Assembly: GCA_038087875.1 (NCBI GenBank)
Contig: JAXLNO010000571.1
Coordinates: forward strand, 1 to 64,000
Direction of reading: 5' to 3'
DNA from: Malacoraja senta
Taxonomy: Eukaryota
DNA length: 64,000 bases
Position numbers and translations under genes: made by a program. Shown one piece after another: positions 25,236 through 39,240 of this stretch. The notes under the pieces were generated by a model, which was not told the origin of the DNA, did no database searches, and worked only from the letters and a program-made list of their open reading frames with translations. Position 1 is the stretch's first letter. Each line of letters begins with the position of its first letter.

Positions 25236-26564
25236 AAGCTCATGTTGCAAACACATTGGTGAGTGACAAACGACCTGTCACCCCACCCCGACGATAACTT
25301 GATCATCACATCCACCCTGCAAGGTATAGTTTCTTCAATTTATGGTTTCTTCAATTTATAACAAAACGCCTGGCATCGTAACTCTGTGGCTGCTGTTCTG
25401 TGGGCATACTTTGTGTAAGAAGGTACCTTAAATTACGTCTTAACTTCACAAGATAACTTGTGGTGAATGTGACCATTTGGCCCCCCTGCAGTGTAAACAA
25501 GCAATACTGGAACTTGGAACAATCTGCAACTGAAACTTAACTTTAGAGAGGAGCTGAGGCTTTAAAATGAAAATATTTCTGAAGGTATCAGGGCATAAAA
25601 TGTTAACACAATGGGTACATTAATTTTGCTTTGATGTAAACTAATATTCTTTGCTTAAAAACTTTACCTGTTTTAGTTTGTGAAGTGAAAACATGACTTT
25701 TTTTTGTTTAAATGTATTTTGAATTATTGCCAAAAGCAAATCTTGATAATTGTTGATAAAGAATCCTTTGGATAGAAATGCATTTTGAAAGCAAGTTTCC
25801 TTGATGAATATTGACACAAAATGTGACAAAAGAACCATAGCAATAGGAAATAGAATGCAAGGCAGCAGTATTTTGGAAAATACATGCGTGCAGCAGATAT
25901 TTAGATAGATAGGTGTGAAGTGTTCTCTCCCATGAAGTTACACTTTCCCATGAAGTCAAACAATGAAGGCTTGTGCTGGTGATCTGACAGCCTGGTTCAG
26001 ATCTTACTGTTGCAAGAAGAAACATAATAAGGGTTAGATGCTTTGCACAGAGGCTGAGGTGAAAAGACCCAATATCACTGTAACTCCAAGTTCCTCTACA
26101 AACCCTGCAGAGGACAAACGGAAAGTGCCACTGGCAAAGGGCCAGGTAAAGGCCACCGCATACAATATACAAATATAAATGGAAAAAAAAATTAACTGAG
26201 AAGAAATATTAATTTTCCTCAGAGGTATATAAAGTTGACAAAGCAATTGATACGATAGAGAGTCAGAACTTTTTTCCCCGAGGGTGGAAATGTCAAAAAC
26301 ATAGTTTTAGATTGAGGCAAAATGTAAAGGAGACATGTGGGGCAAGTTTTTTTTAACACACAGGGCGATAGGTGCTTGGAACACGTTGCCAGGAGTGGTG
26401 GAAGAGGGAGATATGATAGTGGCATTGAAGAGGCTTTCAGACAGGCACATGGATATGCAGGGAATGGAGGGATCTTGTCATCATGTTCGGCACAGATATT
26501 GTGGGCCTGTACCCGTGTTGTACTTTTAGGCCCCTTTTTGCAAGATGTGGCTTAAACGTTTTTC

Positions 26565-26797
26565 GTTTTAGAGATAGCATGGAAACAGGCGATTTAGCCC
26601 ACCGAGTCCATGCCGACCATCAATCACCCTTTCACACTAGTTCTATGTTATCCTACTTTCACATCCACTCCCTACACATTAGGCACAATTTACAGAGGCT
26701 AATTAAGCTACAGACCCAGAAGTCTTTGTGAAGTAGGAAGAGACCGGGTGTCTGATGCTGTGAGGTAACGGCTCTACCAGCTGCGCCACTGTGCTGC
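26565..26797 (-). mobile_element. HE1-like SINE, internally deleted
   Basis: Head and tail present, core missing. Confidence 0.75.
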
Positions 26798-27460
26798 TCA
26801 ATGGTTGGGCTCAATCATTTTGTGTTTTTTTAAATCTATGTTTTTATTTGAATAACGTCTGAAAAACAGAGTTCAACTCATCAGACAAGTTACGGGTAAT
26901 TCATTAACTGGTATGTACAATTACACCCATAAAATAAAAAAGGGCTGCAAAAGTAACTGCCTATAATTTGATTTCTGCCGAAATTTCATTTTGAGAAGCT
27001 TTCATTCTGTTTGAGCTTCAGGACAGACAGAGCAAGAGAAAGATACACACATTATAGTCAGTATTAAGGTCAGACTCTGAAGAATGCAATTGGATCCACA
27101 GATTAGTTTTGAATCAAGATTGAGGATGCATTTTAGACCCATTTCAGATCAGGATGTGATGCCAGGCTCAAAGCTTGATATGAGAAAGAGAATATTGTAC
27201 AGATTCAGACAAAATCCAAACCTGCCACTGCATCAGAAACAGTGCTGCCTTGGTCTCAGTGGTCAAATCAATGTATCCCTCAATAAACCCACTAGAATGT
27301 TATGTTGTTTTTGAGGTCAGTTTACACCACATATCAGAACACAAACATGTTAGCCAATTTTTCTAATAGGTTACATCAGAAATGTGAAAATTCTGATGGG
27401 TTCAAAATATATAATTAAGCAATCAGTAAACATCAAATTAATCAATGTTCTCAGCTGGTT

Positions 27461-27752
27461 GGGCAGTACCACTGTACTGTAGAGTTGCTGCCTCACAGCG
27501 CCAGAAACCCGGGTTCAAATCTGACCCTGGGTGCTGTCTGTGTGTAAAGTTTGTACGTTCTCCCGGTGACCGCGTGAGTTTTCTGCGGGTGCTCCGGTTT
27601 CCTCCCACTTTCCAACGACGTGAAAGTTTGTAGGTTAATTGGCTTCTGTAAATTGCCCCTAGTGTGTACAACATAGAATGAGTGTATGGGTGATCGATGG
27701 TTGGCGTGGACTTAGTGGGCCTCTGGGTCTGTTTCTACCCTGTATCTCTAAA
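27461..27752 (+). mobile_element. HE1-like SINE
   Basis: GTAGAGTTGCTGCCTCACAGCGCCAGAAACCCGGGTTCAAATC head; conserved core and tail. Confidence 0.88.
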
Positions 27753-29054
27753 CTCGATCTCTAAACCTATGAATATAAAGCCTAAAATGCCATGTAGAAG
27801 CCTGGTTGAAGTCCAAAAGACTCAACGTTGAGATAGTCATTCTTCTTTCCCATTCAAGGAATTGTTATTGTCTTCCTTTCCAGAGGAAATCTAACTGAAT
27901 GGGAATCAAAAATCCAAAGACACACGGATCTCCCTTGTATCACCAGCATGCCATTACATTGCTTTTCTTTCCTTGGACAATTAAGATGCCTTCCACAGTC
28001 AGTAAGGAACCTTGTGAGTACATGTGTAAACTGAAGTTAAATTCTACAAAAGCACAAAGCACCAAAGCTATTTTTATGGTTGACTGGCCAGAGCATCTGC
28101 TGCAGATTTGCTTCCCAGTAAATCCCAGAAGGCGAGAAGCTGGTGGGTTTACAGAAGTGTGAAAATTATTTCCTGGGGATGGGGAACAGTGGCAATACTT
28201 CCCCGAGCTCTGGGGTGAAAGGTTGATTCACTGCTGCATCGAGCTAGCCGTCCTCTGTGCCAGCAAATCCCCAACTCGAGCAAACTCTGAGCTGCTTGTT
28301 ACATGTGGGCTAAATCCATATTTTTCTGCAAGGCAAGCTCTTTGCAGCCATGCCAATTGGACTCAGGCAACTTGCACCAGCACACGTCACAACAGTCCTA
28401 GGCTGAGCACTCTAACTGTCCCCCTTGAACATTAGATGCAATATCTGACAGCAAGCCAGATAACTTTGCTAACTAGTAACCATTGTATACCTTCCAGATA
28501 GCCACGTGTGGTAGAGGTTTACTGCCTTCACATGATCATGTAAATAACAATCGCTTGGAAACTAGGCCTCATCACCAAACACATGCATTCTATGTTATCC
28601 TATTTTGCAGACTTTGCAAAATATTAATGTATCTCGACAGATCTTGGGTTTAGGTTTAGGTTTAAGTTTACTATTGTCCCATATACTGCAGTGAAAAGTT
28701 TTTGTTTGTGTGCTATTCATCTGGTTTCCAATGAACATACCAGAAAGCTAGAAGGGATAAGATAGCACAAAGAGAGATTGGCTATGGAGATGTATCAAGC
28801 GATTGTCAAACTGGGACAGTTCAGCAGCAGTCGGACTTCTCCGAGAGAAGAGACAGAAAGATTGCTGCTGAAGTTGACATTTAACATCTTGTGGGCTGGC
28901 AGCAGGGAAGATGGGCTGGAAAATCAGATTTAGCCATGCAGCAGCTGGCAGAAGCAGCAAATCTGGCCACAGGTTTTCTGAATCTTTCACAAGCTTTGGT
29001 TCAGCTACTTGCTGAAACTCATAAACTTTGCATAATTAAAAGCATATTATCTTT

Positions 29055-29826
29055 CCAATAACGAACTGGCTCTCAACACCAGCAAAACCAAGGAACTGAT
29101 TGTGGACTTCGGAAGGGGTAGGATGGGGACACACAGTCCCGTTTATATCAATGGGTCGATGGTGGAAAGGGTCAAGACCTTCAAATTCCTGGGCGTGCAT
29201 ATTTCCGAAGATCTCTCCTGGTCCCAGAACACTGATGCAATCATAAAGAAAGCACATCAGCGCCTCTACTTCCTGAGAAGATTACGGAGAGTCGGTTTGT
29301 CAAGGAGGACTCTCTCGAACTTCTACAGGTGCACAGATGCTGACCGGTTGCATCGTGGCTTGGTTCGGCAACCTGAGCATCCAGGAGCGGAAAAGGCTGC
29401 AAAAAGTTGTAAACACTGCCCAGTCCATCATCGGCTCTGACCTCCCTACCATCGAGGGGATCTATCACAGTCGCTACCTCAAAAAGGATGGCAGCATCAA
29501 GGACCCACACCATCCTGGCCACACACTCATCTCTCCGCTGCCATCAGGTAGAAGGTACAGGAGCCTGAAATCTGCAACATCCAGGTTCAGGAACAGTTAC
29601 TTCCCCACAGCCATCAGACTATTAAACACAACTTCAAACACACTCTGAACTATAACAGCCTATTGCACTTTATCTGTTTATTTATGTGTGTATATATATA
29701 TATTCTATGGTATATGGACACACTGATCTGTTCTGTATTTATGCCTACAATATTCTGTTGTGCTGCAGCAAGCAAGAATTTAATTGTCCTATCTGGGACA
29801 CATGACAATAAACTCTCTTGACTTGA
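29055..29826 (+). mobile_element. Rex1/Babar-like LINE 3' fragment
   Basis: LNTSKTKELIVDF...FKFLGVHISEDLSW...AHQRLYFLRRL...LPSGRRYRS...FPTAIRLLN; CTTGA tail. Confidence 0.9.
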
Positions 29827-30910
29827 TGCATTTAAAGATTAATTGCCTATGTTAAGTCCAGTAAACAGATGCAATTAGCAGAAATTCACTGTACCAGTCA
29901 ATTCAGTCCTGCGCTTGGTAATCAAACAAGCATAGCTACCTCTGCTCTGTGCTTTAAATAATCACAAAAGAATACAAGATAAGAAAAAGGTGGCACAGTG
30001 GTGCAGCAGGTTTATGATGGGTTTTACAGAGTATTTATCTGTTGTGTTGCTGCAAGTAAGAGTTTCATTGTTCCGTTTCTAACCATAACACAATCAAACA
30101 CCCTTGATGTACATAATTGAGCATTCGTAAGCTGAAGATGACCTGCCAAGAACCACCATTTCTTTGAATTCAAGGTCTACCTGACCATTTGTTCAGGTTG
30201 AGTTCATTTCTGGGAACCGGGGTAATTTCTTTCCTCGTTTCTATTTTCATTAGTAAAAACAGAAAATGCTGGAAACATCCAGCTTGTAAGGCAGCATTCA
30301 GACAAAGACAAACCGAGCCAAGACCTTTCAACATATGTGACTTCTCCATGAAATACTATCTGTACCTGTATCCACAGACACTGCCCAACTTGGTGGGGTC
30401 TTCCAGCATTTTATTTCAGATGTCTGTCTGCAGTTTTCAATTGATTTTAATATTTTGGTCGTTGGTCTTGGCCTTGCAAACCAAGTGGAGATATTGAGTC
30501 TTGGAGGATCAGGAATCAGTGCGGCACACAACATACACGTTAGGTTTAGAATGGGTAAATGGAATGGGCCTGTAGACATGGATTAAAAGGTTTGGGCGCA
30601 GGTGCTGATGGGTCGAGGAGCTCTGGGCTTCGGCCAATTGAAGATCGGGGAGAGACCGCAGCGCTGCAGAGGGGAGGATTGAGATGGTGGCACCATTTAT
30701 GCTGAGGATCGGTGAGGGTTGGGGGGCAGATGTCTCAAGGATGATAAGGTTAGTGCTTTAATGGGGTTTCAAACAACTGCTGTACTGTGAACAGTTGACC
30801 TGGGGAAACTTAACAACAGTCTCTCCCGGGATGACCTGATCTAATGTGCCCTGTGGAGACCCCACAGGGTGCATAGTGGGTATGACAATACTCTACTGGA
30901 CTAGGTAAGA

Positions 30911-31176
30911 CGGCACAGTGGCGCAGTGGTAGAGTTGCTGCCTTACAGCACCAGAGACCCGAGTTCGATCCTAACTAAGGGAGCTGTCTGTACAGGAGCG
31001 AGTTTGTGCGTTCACCCTGTGGACTGCATGTGTTTTCTCCGGGTTTCCTCCCACACTTCAAAGACGTACTTGGTAAACTTGTAAATTGTCCCTAGTGTGT
31101 AGGATAGTGTTAGTGTACGTGTGATCGCTCCGTGGGCCGAAGGGCCTGTTTCCACGCTGTATCTCTAAAGTCTAAA
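30911..31176 (+). mobile_element. HE1-like SINE
   Basis: TGGCGCAGTGG A-box, GAGTTCGATCC B-box, shared tail. Confidence 0.9.
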
Positions 31177-32195
31177 AGAACTTCACTGTGACATGTGACA
31201 ATAAAGGACCATTGCTCCACTGGATCAGTAAACAGAGGCCTGCACCATTGATCTAGAGACACAAGTTTGAATCCCATCCTACAGTATCAGGCCGGGATAA
31301 ATTCAGTTAATTGAATAAATCCGGAAAAATGAAATTGGCATCAGTAATGAGCATGAAACTACCAGAAATGTCTGATTCACTATTGTCTTCACAGTTGGAA
31401 ACCAGCTGTCCACACCTGGTCTGGCCTGCGTCTGAATCCAGTTGTAAATTTGGTTTGTTATCTCCTAATTTCTGGGCAATTGGGAATGGAAAATAAATAC
31501 CAACTTGACGTCAATGTCCACATCTTAGCAACAAATTAATCAATTACACTTGGGCCCGATGACAGAATTGTTCCAAATGTGCACGCATGATTGATGTTGA
31601 GAAGTACACGGTCAAATTTCCAAAGTGACGCAGTGCAATATGAAAATGATCTTATCATGATTTTTTTTCCATTGTTATTGAAAAGTACATCTTCAATCCC
31701 ATAGGATTAAAATAAACAATAATGCGCAGTCACTTTAAAGCAAATGATTCCATGATTCCACACTATACAGGGGGCCAGTCTGCCCCTTGTGTCTATGCTA
31801 ACCCTCTGAGTCACCAATCTGTTCCATTCCTCTGCTCCTTCTCCAAACTCCTGCAACTATCTTTTTTTCTTAAATAGAGACAGATTGCTGTATAATCTGC
31901 TTCTTCCTCCTGTTTCAGCCACATTCCAGATCACGCCAGCTGTAGATCCAAACTTTTCATCTGCCCTCATCGCACTGTCATTTCTTTCCCTGTGCTCATA
32001 ACACTGTCATTTGAAAAAATGTCATGAACGCTATCCAAACCCTTCCTCATTTTTATCCTGAAACATGTCAGCTCCATTTATTTTTCCAATCCCTCCAGGT
32101 ATCTGAAATGCCTCGTCCCTGGGACCCTTCCAGTATCTGCTTATTTATAATTGCTACTGGTGGAGATCAAGAGTCCAGAGTGTTTTATTGTTATA

Positions 32196-33201
32196 CTAAA
32201 CCAAGGAGGACCCGTTGGGTCCTGTCCCCTCAACGCGCAGGGGAGGGGGAGGGGGGGAGAGAGTGGGGGGGTGAGTGGGGGGGGAGAGAGGGGCGGGGAG
32301 AGGGGGAGGAGAGAGGGGCGGGGGAAAGAGGGGAGGAAGAGGGATGCCGGGAGAGGATGAGAAAGGCTGGGGAGCGAGAGGCGGGGGGAGAGAGAGGAGG
32401 GGGGGAGAAAGAGGAGGGGGGTGAGAGAGGAGGGGGGGAAGAGGGGGGAGAGAGAAGAGGGGGGGAGAGAGAGGAGGGGGGAGAGAGGGAAGGAGGGGGG
32501 AGGGAGGGAGAGGTGGCAGAAGAGGGGTGGGTGGAAGAGAGAAGAGAGGCCCGAGGGGGGGAGGGGGGGGGGTGGTGAAAGAGAGGTCGGGGGAGAGAGG
32601 CCGGGGGGGGCGGTAGAGAGTCGGGGGTGAGAGAGAGAGTCCGGGGGGAGAGGCCGGGGGAGGGAGGGGGGAGAGGCCGGGGGGGGGGGGAGAGAGCCTG
32701 TGGGAGAGAGAGGCCGGGGGGGGGGGAGAGAGAGCCGGGGGGGGGGGAGTGGCGCGAGCGTGCAGTGCTCAGGACCTCGGGGGAACTCGGAAGCGCTCGG
32801 GACCTGCAGTACAGAGCCCACTTGCTCGTTCTTTCTGCATCTTTTGAAGAACCAGGGGCGGGAGGGGGGGTAAGGGGGGAGAGAAGTGGAGGGCGGTGAC
32901 GTCACTCGCTGCACGTGAAACATAGGGCAGCAGGCCGCGAGGAGCAGAGCCATTGTGATGTCATCAGCGAGACCATCTCGTTTATTTTCCAAGTTATTTG
33001 AAATTTTTTTAATTTTTTCACTTGAGAAATAATGCATGAAATTTTCAGATAAGGCGATTTTTGACATAATGCCGTAAATCTCTATATGAATATGTAAAAA
33101 TTTCACCGTAAGCGTGTCGTGTTTTCGAGGAGATGTGAAACGCACATGAACATCGCAGAAATACACACACATCGAAGATCAGAGTTTTATAAATATAGAG
33201 A
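32196..33201 (-). mobile_element. Non-autonomous Helitron with G/A-rich low-complexity interior
   Basis: On - strand: 5' TCTCTATATTTATAAAA, 3' hairpin GGACCCAACGGGTCC then TTAG (CTAG-like); sits between A and T without TSD; flanks rejoin into a LINE-tail repeat (TTTATTGTTATA|TGTTCCAGATAGAACAATG). Confidence 0.85.
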
Positions 33202-34829
33202 TGTTCCAGATAGAACAATGGAATTCTTACTTGCTGCAGCACAATGAGATCCTCGGTGAACACCGTTAACATCCTGTCCTGTCACTGTGAAAATTCAGTA
33301 TTTATGTGTTTTTATATTTCTTCTAATTTTAGTGAATTCTCTGTGGTGATAAAGGTTTTTCAATCTCTAGTCTGCAAGCTCATCATCGCTCTCCACTTTA
33401 TCCTTCATTCATCATCCGATTCCATTTCATCTCATGTTCATGTATCTAGTCATTGGACTGCCCTTCACCACCTTGTCCTCGTCTGTACAATTCGCCCTCG
33501 AACACAGGTATCTTCCCTCTTCTCAGCTCTGACGGTTTCCCCCTCACTGACAATTTGCCATCTCTATTATTCCCCATTGCACCTTGCAATGATCTGACTG
33601 TTCCCTTTATTTCTCAGGAAATGCTAGATTATACCTCTCTCCTCTCTTTATTAGTCTCCTGCTGCAATATTTATCTCCTGTTCATACATTCCATCTCTTT
33701 CCATCCTCTCCTCCACAACTCATGTGGCTTGACACATGTCCACGGTAACTTGTAGCTCTTTAGTTTTATGATGTCAGTCTGGACGTTCCCTGATTAGTCT
33801 CCTGCTGCAATATTTATCTCCTGTTCATACATTCCATCTCTAAGGGTTACGTCCTTTAAGACCGCTAGCACCTCCTCTTAGATAATGGCTCTCTCAAAAC
33901 GTTACTATTACATCCCTGGAGTTCTCTTGAATCCACATCTTTCCCTTGAGAAAATACAGAAGAGAAATATTCATTTAATACCTCACCAATCTCCTGCGGC
34001 TCCACACATAGATGACCTTGTTGATCTTTAAAACTCCTCTTCTCTCTCCCTTGTTACTCTTGTGCCCTTAATATACTTGTAAAATCTCTTTACATTTTAA
34101 TCTATCTTATCTGTCAAAACTATCTTGTGTCCCCTTTATGCCTTCATGATTTCTCTTGTAAATGTACCCCTGCAGCATCTCTAATCCTCCAGGGATTGAT
34201 TTGATCTCAGTTGCCCACACCTGACATTTGTCTCCGTTTTCTTGACCAGAGCCCCGATATCTTTAAGTATGTCCCGTGGTGCTCCCGACGTACCTTTCTG
34301 CCCTGCTCATTGAACCAGGGTTGATTCCTGGCACGACAGTAATGATAGAATGAAAGATATGCCAGGCTGTGAACTTGCAGATTGTGTTTGTGTGCATATC
34401 TGCTGATGATGATCAACATTGCCTCGTGGGCACCCAGTTTTGAACTGGTAGATCTTTTATAAGCACAATTCCAGTGCCACCCAATATGATGGTGGGTGCT
34501 CTCAGTGTGAAGAGAGTAGCTTGGACTGTGTGGTGGACCACACAGATGAACATATCTGACCCAATGCATCTGGAGTCACTAAGAAGCCAGACTATTTGAC
34601 AACAGAAAGACATCAGTGAATCTGTTAAACGTTCACAACAGTTCAGGAGTTTTGTGGTCACTACAACATCTAGTGGTTCATAACTCCACAGGTATTTAAG
34701 TAATTGAATGTATCTATTGACTTACCATTCATTCTTATATCTCTCTTGAACAGTATGGATACTATGCACGTGACCAAAGTTCACACGTTGCAAAGGATAA
34801 TGGCAAAATATAGATTAAAATACAGGTTT

Positions 34830-35670
34830 TGTAAGGCTTTGACAAGGTCCCACACAAGATATTAGTGTGCAAAATTAGAGCACATGGTATTGAGGGTAGG
34901 GTATTGGCATGGATAGAGAACTGGTTGGCAGACAGGAAGCAAAGATTAGGAATTAACGGGTCCTTTTCAGACAGAGCCATTGTGACATCATCAGCGAAAC
35001 CATCTCGTTTATCTTTTTTTCTTAAATAGAGACAGATTGCTGTATAATCTGCTTCTTCCTCCTGTTTCAGCCACAATCCAGATCACGCCAGCTGTAGATC
35101 CAAACTTTTCATCTGCCCTCATTGCACTATTTCTTTCACCTGTCCTCATTACACAATTTGAGGAAGGACATTATTGCTCTTGAGGGAGCGCAACGTAGGT
35201 TCACCAGGTTAATTCCCAGGATGGAGGGACTGACATATGATGAAAGAATGGGTCGACTGGGCTTATATCACTGAAATTTAGAAGGATGATATAAAAGAAA
35301 CATAAAATTCTTAAGGGATTGGACAGGCTAGATGCAGGAAAAATGTCCTCAATGTTGGAGGTGTCCAGAACCAGGGGTCACAGTTTTAGAGAAGGGGTAG
35401 GCCATATAGGAGGACTGAGATGAGGAACACTTTTTCACCGAGAGAGTTGTGAATCTGTGGATTTCTCTGCCACAGAAGCCAGTGGAGGCCAATTCATTGG
35501 ATGTTTCCAAGAGAGAATTTGATTTAGCTCTTGGGGCTAACGGAATCAATGGATATGGGGAAAAAGCAGGAACGGGGTACGGATTTTAGATGATCAGCCA
35601 TGATCATATTGAATGGTGCTGGCTTGAAGAAGAGAATAGCCTACTCCTGCACCTATTTTCTATGTTTCTC
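34830..35670 (+). mobile_element. CR1 LINE fragment with internal deletion filled by locally copied DNA
   Basis: AAGGCTTTGACAAGGTCCCACAC (KAFDKVPH) to GGGTCCTTTTCAGA, resumes AATTTGAGGAAGGAC at 35155; CR1 3' UTR. Confidence 0.88.
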
Positions 35671-38033
35671 TTGCATGCTGTCTGCAGAATCCTATTTTGG
35701 TAACAGAACATTATGGATCACCTCTTGCACTACCATGGACATTTTGTTTTGTTTTATTTTTCTAATTGCATTTGTACTAATGCCTTTTTTTACACTCACT
35801 TTATTTTTGTTTTAACTGTCATGCAGGATTTGTGTATTGTGAATAATTTATGCACAATTTGTGTTTTTGGTCTTGTCCAAGTCTAGGTGCCTGTGATACG
35901 GCTGCAAACAAGATTTTCATTGTATCTGTACCTCAGCGTTCTTGTGCTTACATGACAATTAATTCAATTTGACTGGAGGGGTATTTAATGTCCATTCACA
36001 TCCAGCAAAACCAATGAACTTAATGAGAGTAAGATTTATTGCTGAATCGTTGAAACGGCATTGAAATTTTCAACAGGAGCATGGGTAGCATTAAGCAGCT
36101 CTGATCTGCAAGTGTAATTAATTTTATTTAGGTTTCTATATTATCTTCATACAGTATTTTACTCTTCACATACGTTGAAATCCAGTAGGATAATGTAGCG
36201 ATATACTTCAGCTGTTCAAATTGTTTCCTCGCTATGCTTGACAGAAATTCCCAATAGCTTTCAAAGTTGACTGACAACTTGTATTTCCATGAAAGACAGG
36301 TCTCTTTTATTTTCACAATGCTTCATTTACAACGTTCCATTGAATGGGTGCAAAACATATCTTTTTAACATAATAATGAAAGATCTGTAGTCATTCAGCA
36401 AGTTTTGCTACTTCACCAAATGGTCTTACCGTCAATAATCTTCCTAATTTGCTCTCAGATTCTCGCATGGTCTTTTATAACCGAAACCATGTGAAAAACC
36501 TATCTGTTCACTATTCTGACACAACAAAATCACTTTTCTAAGTACAGAAACTTACATAGTCATGCTTAAAATCAGTAACTAAAGAGCTACAAGTTACTGT
36601 GGGGAATATTAAATGGAAAATGCTCAACATATCTTGTAATATTTCATTATCCAAACCTTTAAAAACAGTCTAACTTATTAGAAATAGAAACAAGTTGATA
36701 CCTGCACACAAACTTGGAACATATTCAAGCAACTTTAAAACTTTGGCAAAAATTAAAAGGTGGAGGAACTGAGCGGGTCAGGCAGCATCTATGGAGGGAA
36801 GGGTGGGTACCCTCCTTGAGTCTGATGGAGTGGGGGGAGGAAGCTTGAAGAGAGGCGAGGTGGGAGGGAGGGAGGCAGAGTCTGGCAAGTGATAAGTAGA
36901 GGCACAAAGAACTGCAGGTACTGGAATCTTCAGCAAAACACAAAGTGCTGGCGTTACTCAGCAATCAGGCAGTATCTGGGACAGAATGGACTGACAACGT
37001 TTCAGGTTAGGACCCTTTGTGATCAGTGGATGCAGATGAGGGGGTCGGGGGTGATTTCACTCCTATGTGACACCCTTTTGCCTCCTCCATGCCTCTCACC
37101 TTTGTCACCTACTTCACCTATCTGCCTATCACCTCCCTCCTTCACCTGCATCCACCTATCACTTGCCAGGTTTTGCCCCACCCCACCTCTCTTTCCCAGC
37201 TTTCTACCCCCCCAATCCATCAGTCTGAACCCTAAACGCCAACTGTCCTGTCCACTAGCTAGCTATTCTGGTTGTTCATGAAGGACTCCCTCTGGAGAAA
37301 TTATGAATCGACTTTTAAAAGTTGGAGAAGCAAAATGCTCCAGATGCTTTAAAACTGATATAAATGTTCAACAGGCCGGGCAACAATGGTGGCGAGAAAA
37401 ATAGTGAACACTTCAAGTTGATGATCTTTGATTGATCAGAACTGGGAGATGGTGGAGAAAAACATGTTTTAAGATGCATCAAAAAAGGGGTAAACGGGGC
37501 AGAGCCAAAAGCGGAGAGGAAGGATTAAATGACAAAAAAGAAAGACAAAAACTGATTGGTCATGCTATCCATTAGATCTACTCAATAAATGTTTGTACCA
37601 TTTGCTTTTCTGTCTGTTTCAATGCTGATATTTTCCTGCCTGCATTTGGTGCAGTGTTAAAAACATGGCCAGATGCTAGCCTGTTCAAGCACACAATATC
37701 TGATGTACTGGTTTCTCTCTGCTCAGTCGTTCATCTTCACTCTACAGCCTCTGAGCTTATTTCTGGTTGATTTGCTCCGTCTTGCGAGCATTGTTCTGCA
37801 AGGGATTGCTGATCTTTCAAAGTAGAATGAAAAGGCAACAGAATTAGCTTGGCATGAGCACATCCCCAATCAATGATTCGAGCCAAGTCTCAGTTTCATT
37901 GATCTATTGTTACAGCGAGATTGTCAAGTTTCTAAGAATATCTATGAATATGTGAAAATCTAGCAGTCTGGATCATAACTAATCACTATTGCAGTTTTAA
38001 CATTAGCTCTATCTGAATCCCCGTCTCTGGCAG

Positions 38034-38102
38034 TGATCGCCATGCATCTGACAAACTGAAGTATAGATATGTGAGAGGCAGTTCCAAAGTTTCGTTACAA
38101 AA
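38034..38102 (+). CDS. Candidate internal exon of unidentified gene
   Basis: CAG acceptor, strong GTAAGT donor, 69 nt, open frame DRHASDKLKYRYVRGSSKVSLQ. Confidence 0.3.
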
Positions 38103-38784
38103 GTAAGTGAAGAAAAATAATAGCCTTTCCCCTTCTCCAAAGGAAAAAAAATAGAATAGTTGCAACTCGACTGCAAACCAGCAAAACTTCATCCACAAAA
38201 ATGACTTATCATAGGTTCAGAATGACAGATAGCAATCATTAGTATCTAAGGATAAAGACACTTCACCCCTGGACTCATTTACTTTATCCAGTTAACATTC
38301 ATTCAAAGGTAACAATAGATTTAGAGAATGATATAGAGTCGAGGGTCTATCAGCCCAGTCTACAAGCACCAACTTGGAGTAAGAGAGCAATTAGTCCCTG
38401 TTGAATATATTTTCCCACACTTTCCTCCCGCCTCTGCAGTATATTTTCTTTTCAAGTATATATTTATTATCCATTTGCAAATTATAATGAACATCATTTC
38501 CACTATACTCTCAGACTGTGCATTACAAATCAAATTGCTTGTTTGTAAAGATGATGGCAAAGAAACAATATATTTGATCCAGCCAGTCCGTGGTAATTAT
38601 CCTTTGATTGGAGCACCTCCTTTCTTTCCTTATCCAAGTCTATCAGCGTAATAAAGGAGGCCCAAAGAACTGTAGATGTTGCAATCTTGACCAATACACA
38701 AAGTGCTGGAGGAACTCAGCGAATCAGGCAGCATGGAAAAGACAAATTATGTTTCAAGTCACCTTGAAACTTCAAGTCACCTTG

Positions 38785-39240
38785 GTTTGGGAACAGCTCC
38801 ATCCAAGACCGCAAGAAATTGAAGAGAATTGTGGATGCAGCCCAGACCATCAGACAAACCAACCATTGACTCCATGATTTACACCTCACGCTGCCTCAGC
38901 AAGGCCACCACCATAATCAGGGTGGTCTCACCCCAGTCACTCCCTCTTCTCCTCTTTCCCATCAGGGAGAGATATAAAAGAGTGAAAACGTGCACCTCCA
39001 GGTTGATGGACAGTTTCTTCCCAGCGGTTTCCAGGCAACTACACCATTCTATCACCAAGAAGAAAGTCCTGAACTACAATCTTCCTCATCGGAGATCCTC
39101 GGACTATCTTTAATGGGACTTTATTGGACTTTATCTTGCACTACATGTTATTCCCCTTATCATGTATCTGTACACTGTGGATGGCTCAATTGTAATCACC
39201 CATTATCTTTCCTCGGTACCCGTGACAATAAATTAAACAA
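38785..39240 (+). mobile_element. Decayed Rex1/Babar-like LINE 3' end
   Basis: IYTSRCLSKAT...TSRLMDSFFPAVSRQL; GTGACAATAAA tail. Confidence 0.75.

Noticed and set aside
28645..28672. Telomere-like TTTAGG repeats
   Set aside because: Few units, not TTAGGG; matches the reverse tail of a LINE-derived repeat.
30911..30975. tRNA genes at A/B-box motifs
   Set aside because: All are SINE heads followed by SINE core and tail; no complete cloverleaf.
32024..33172. Long Pro-rich and Gly/Glu-rich ORFs (343 aa, 184 aa)
   Set aside because: Artefacts of G/A low-complexity sequence inside the Helitron.
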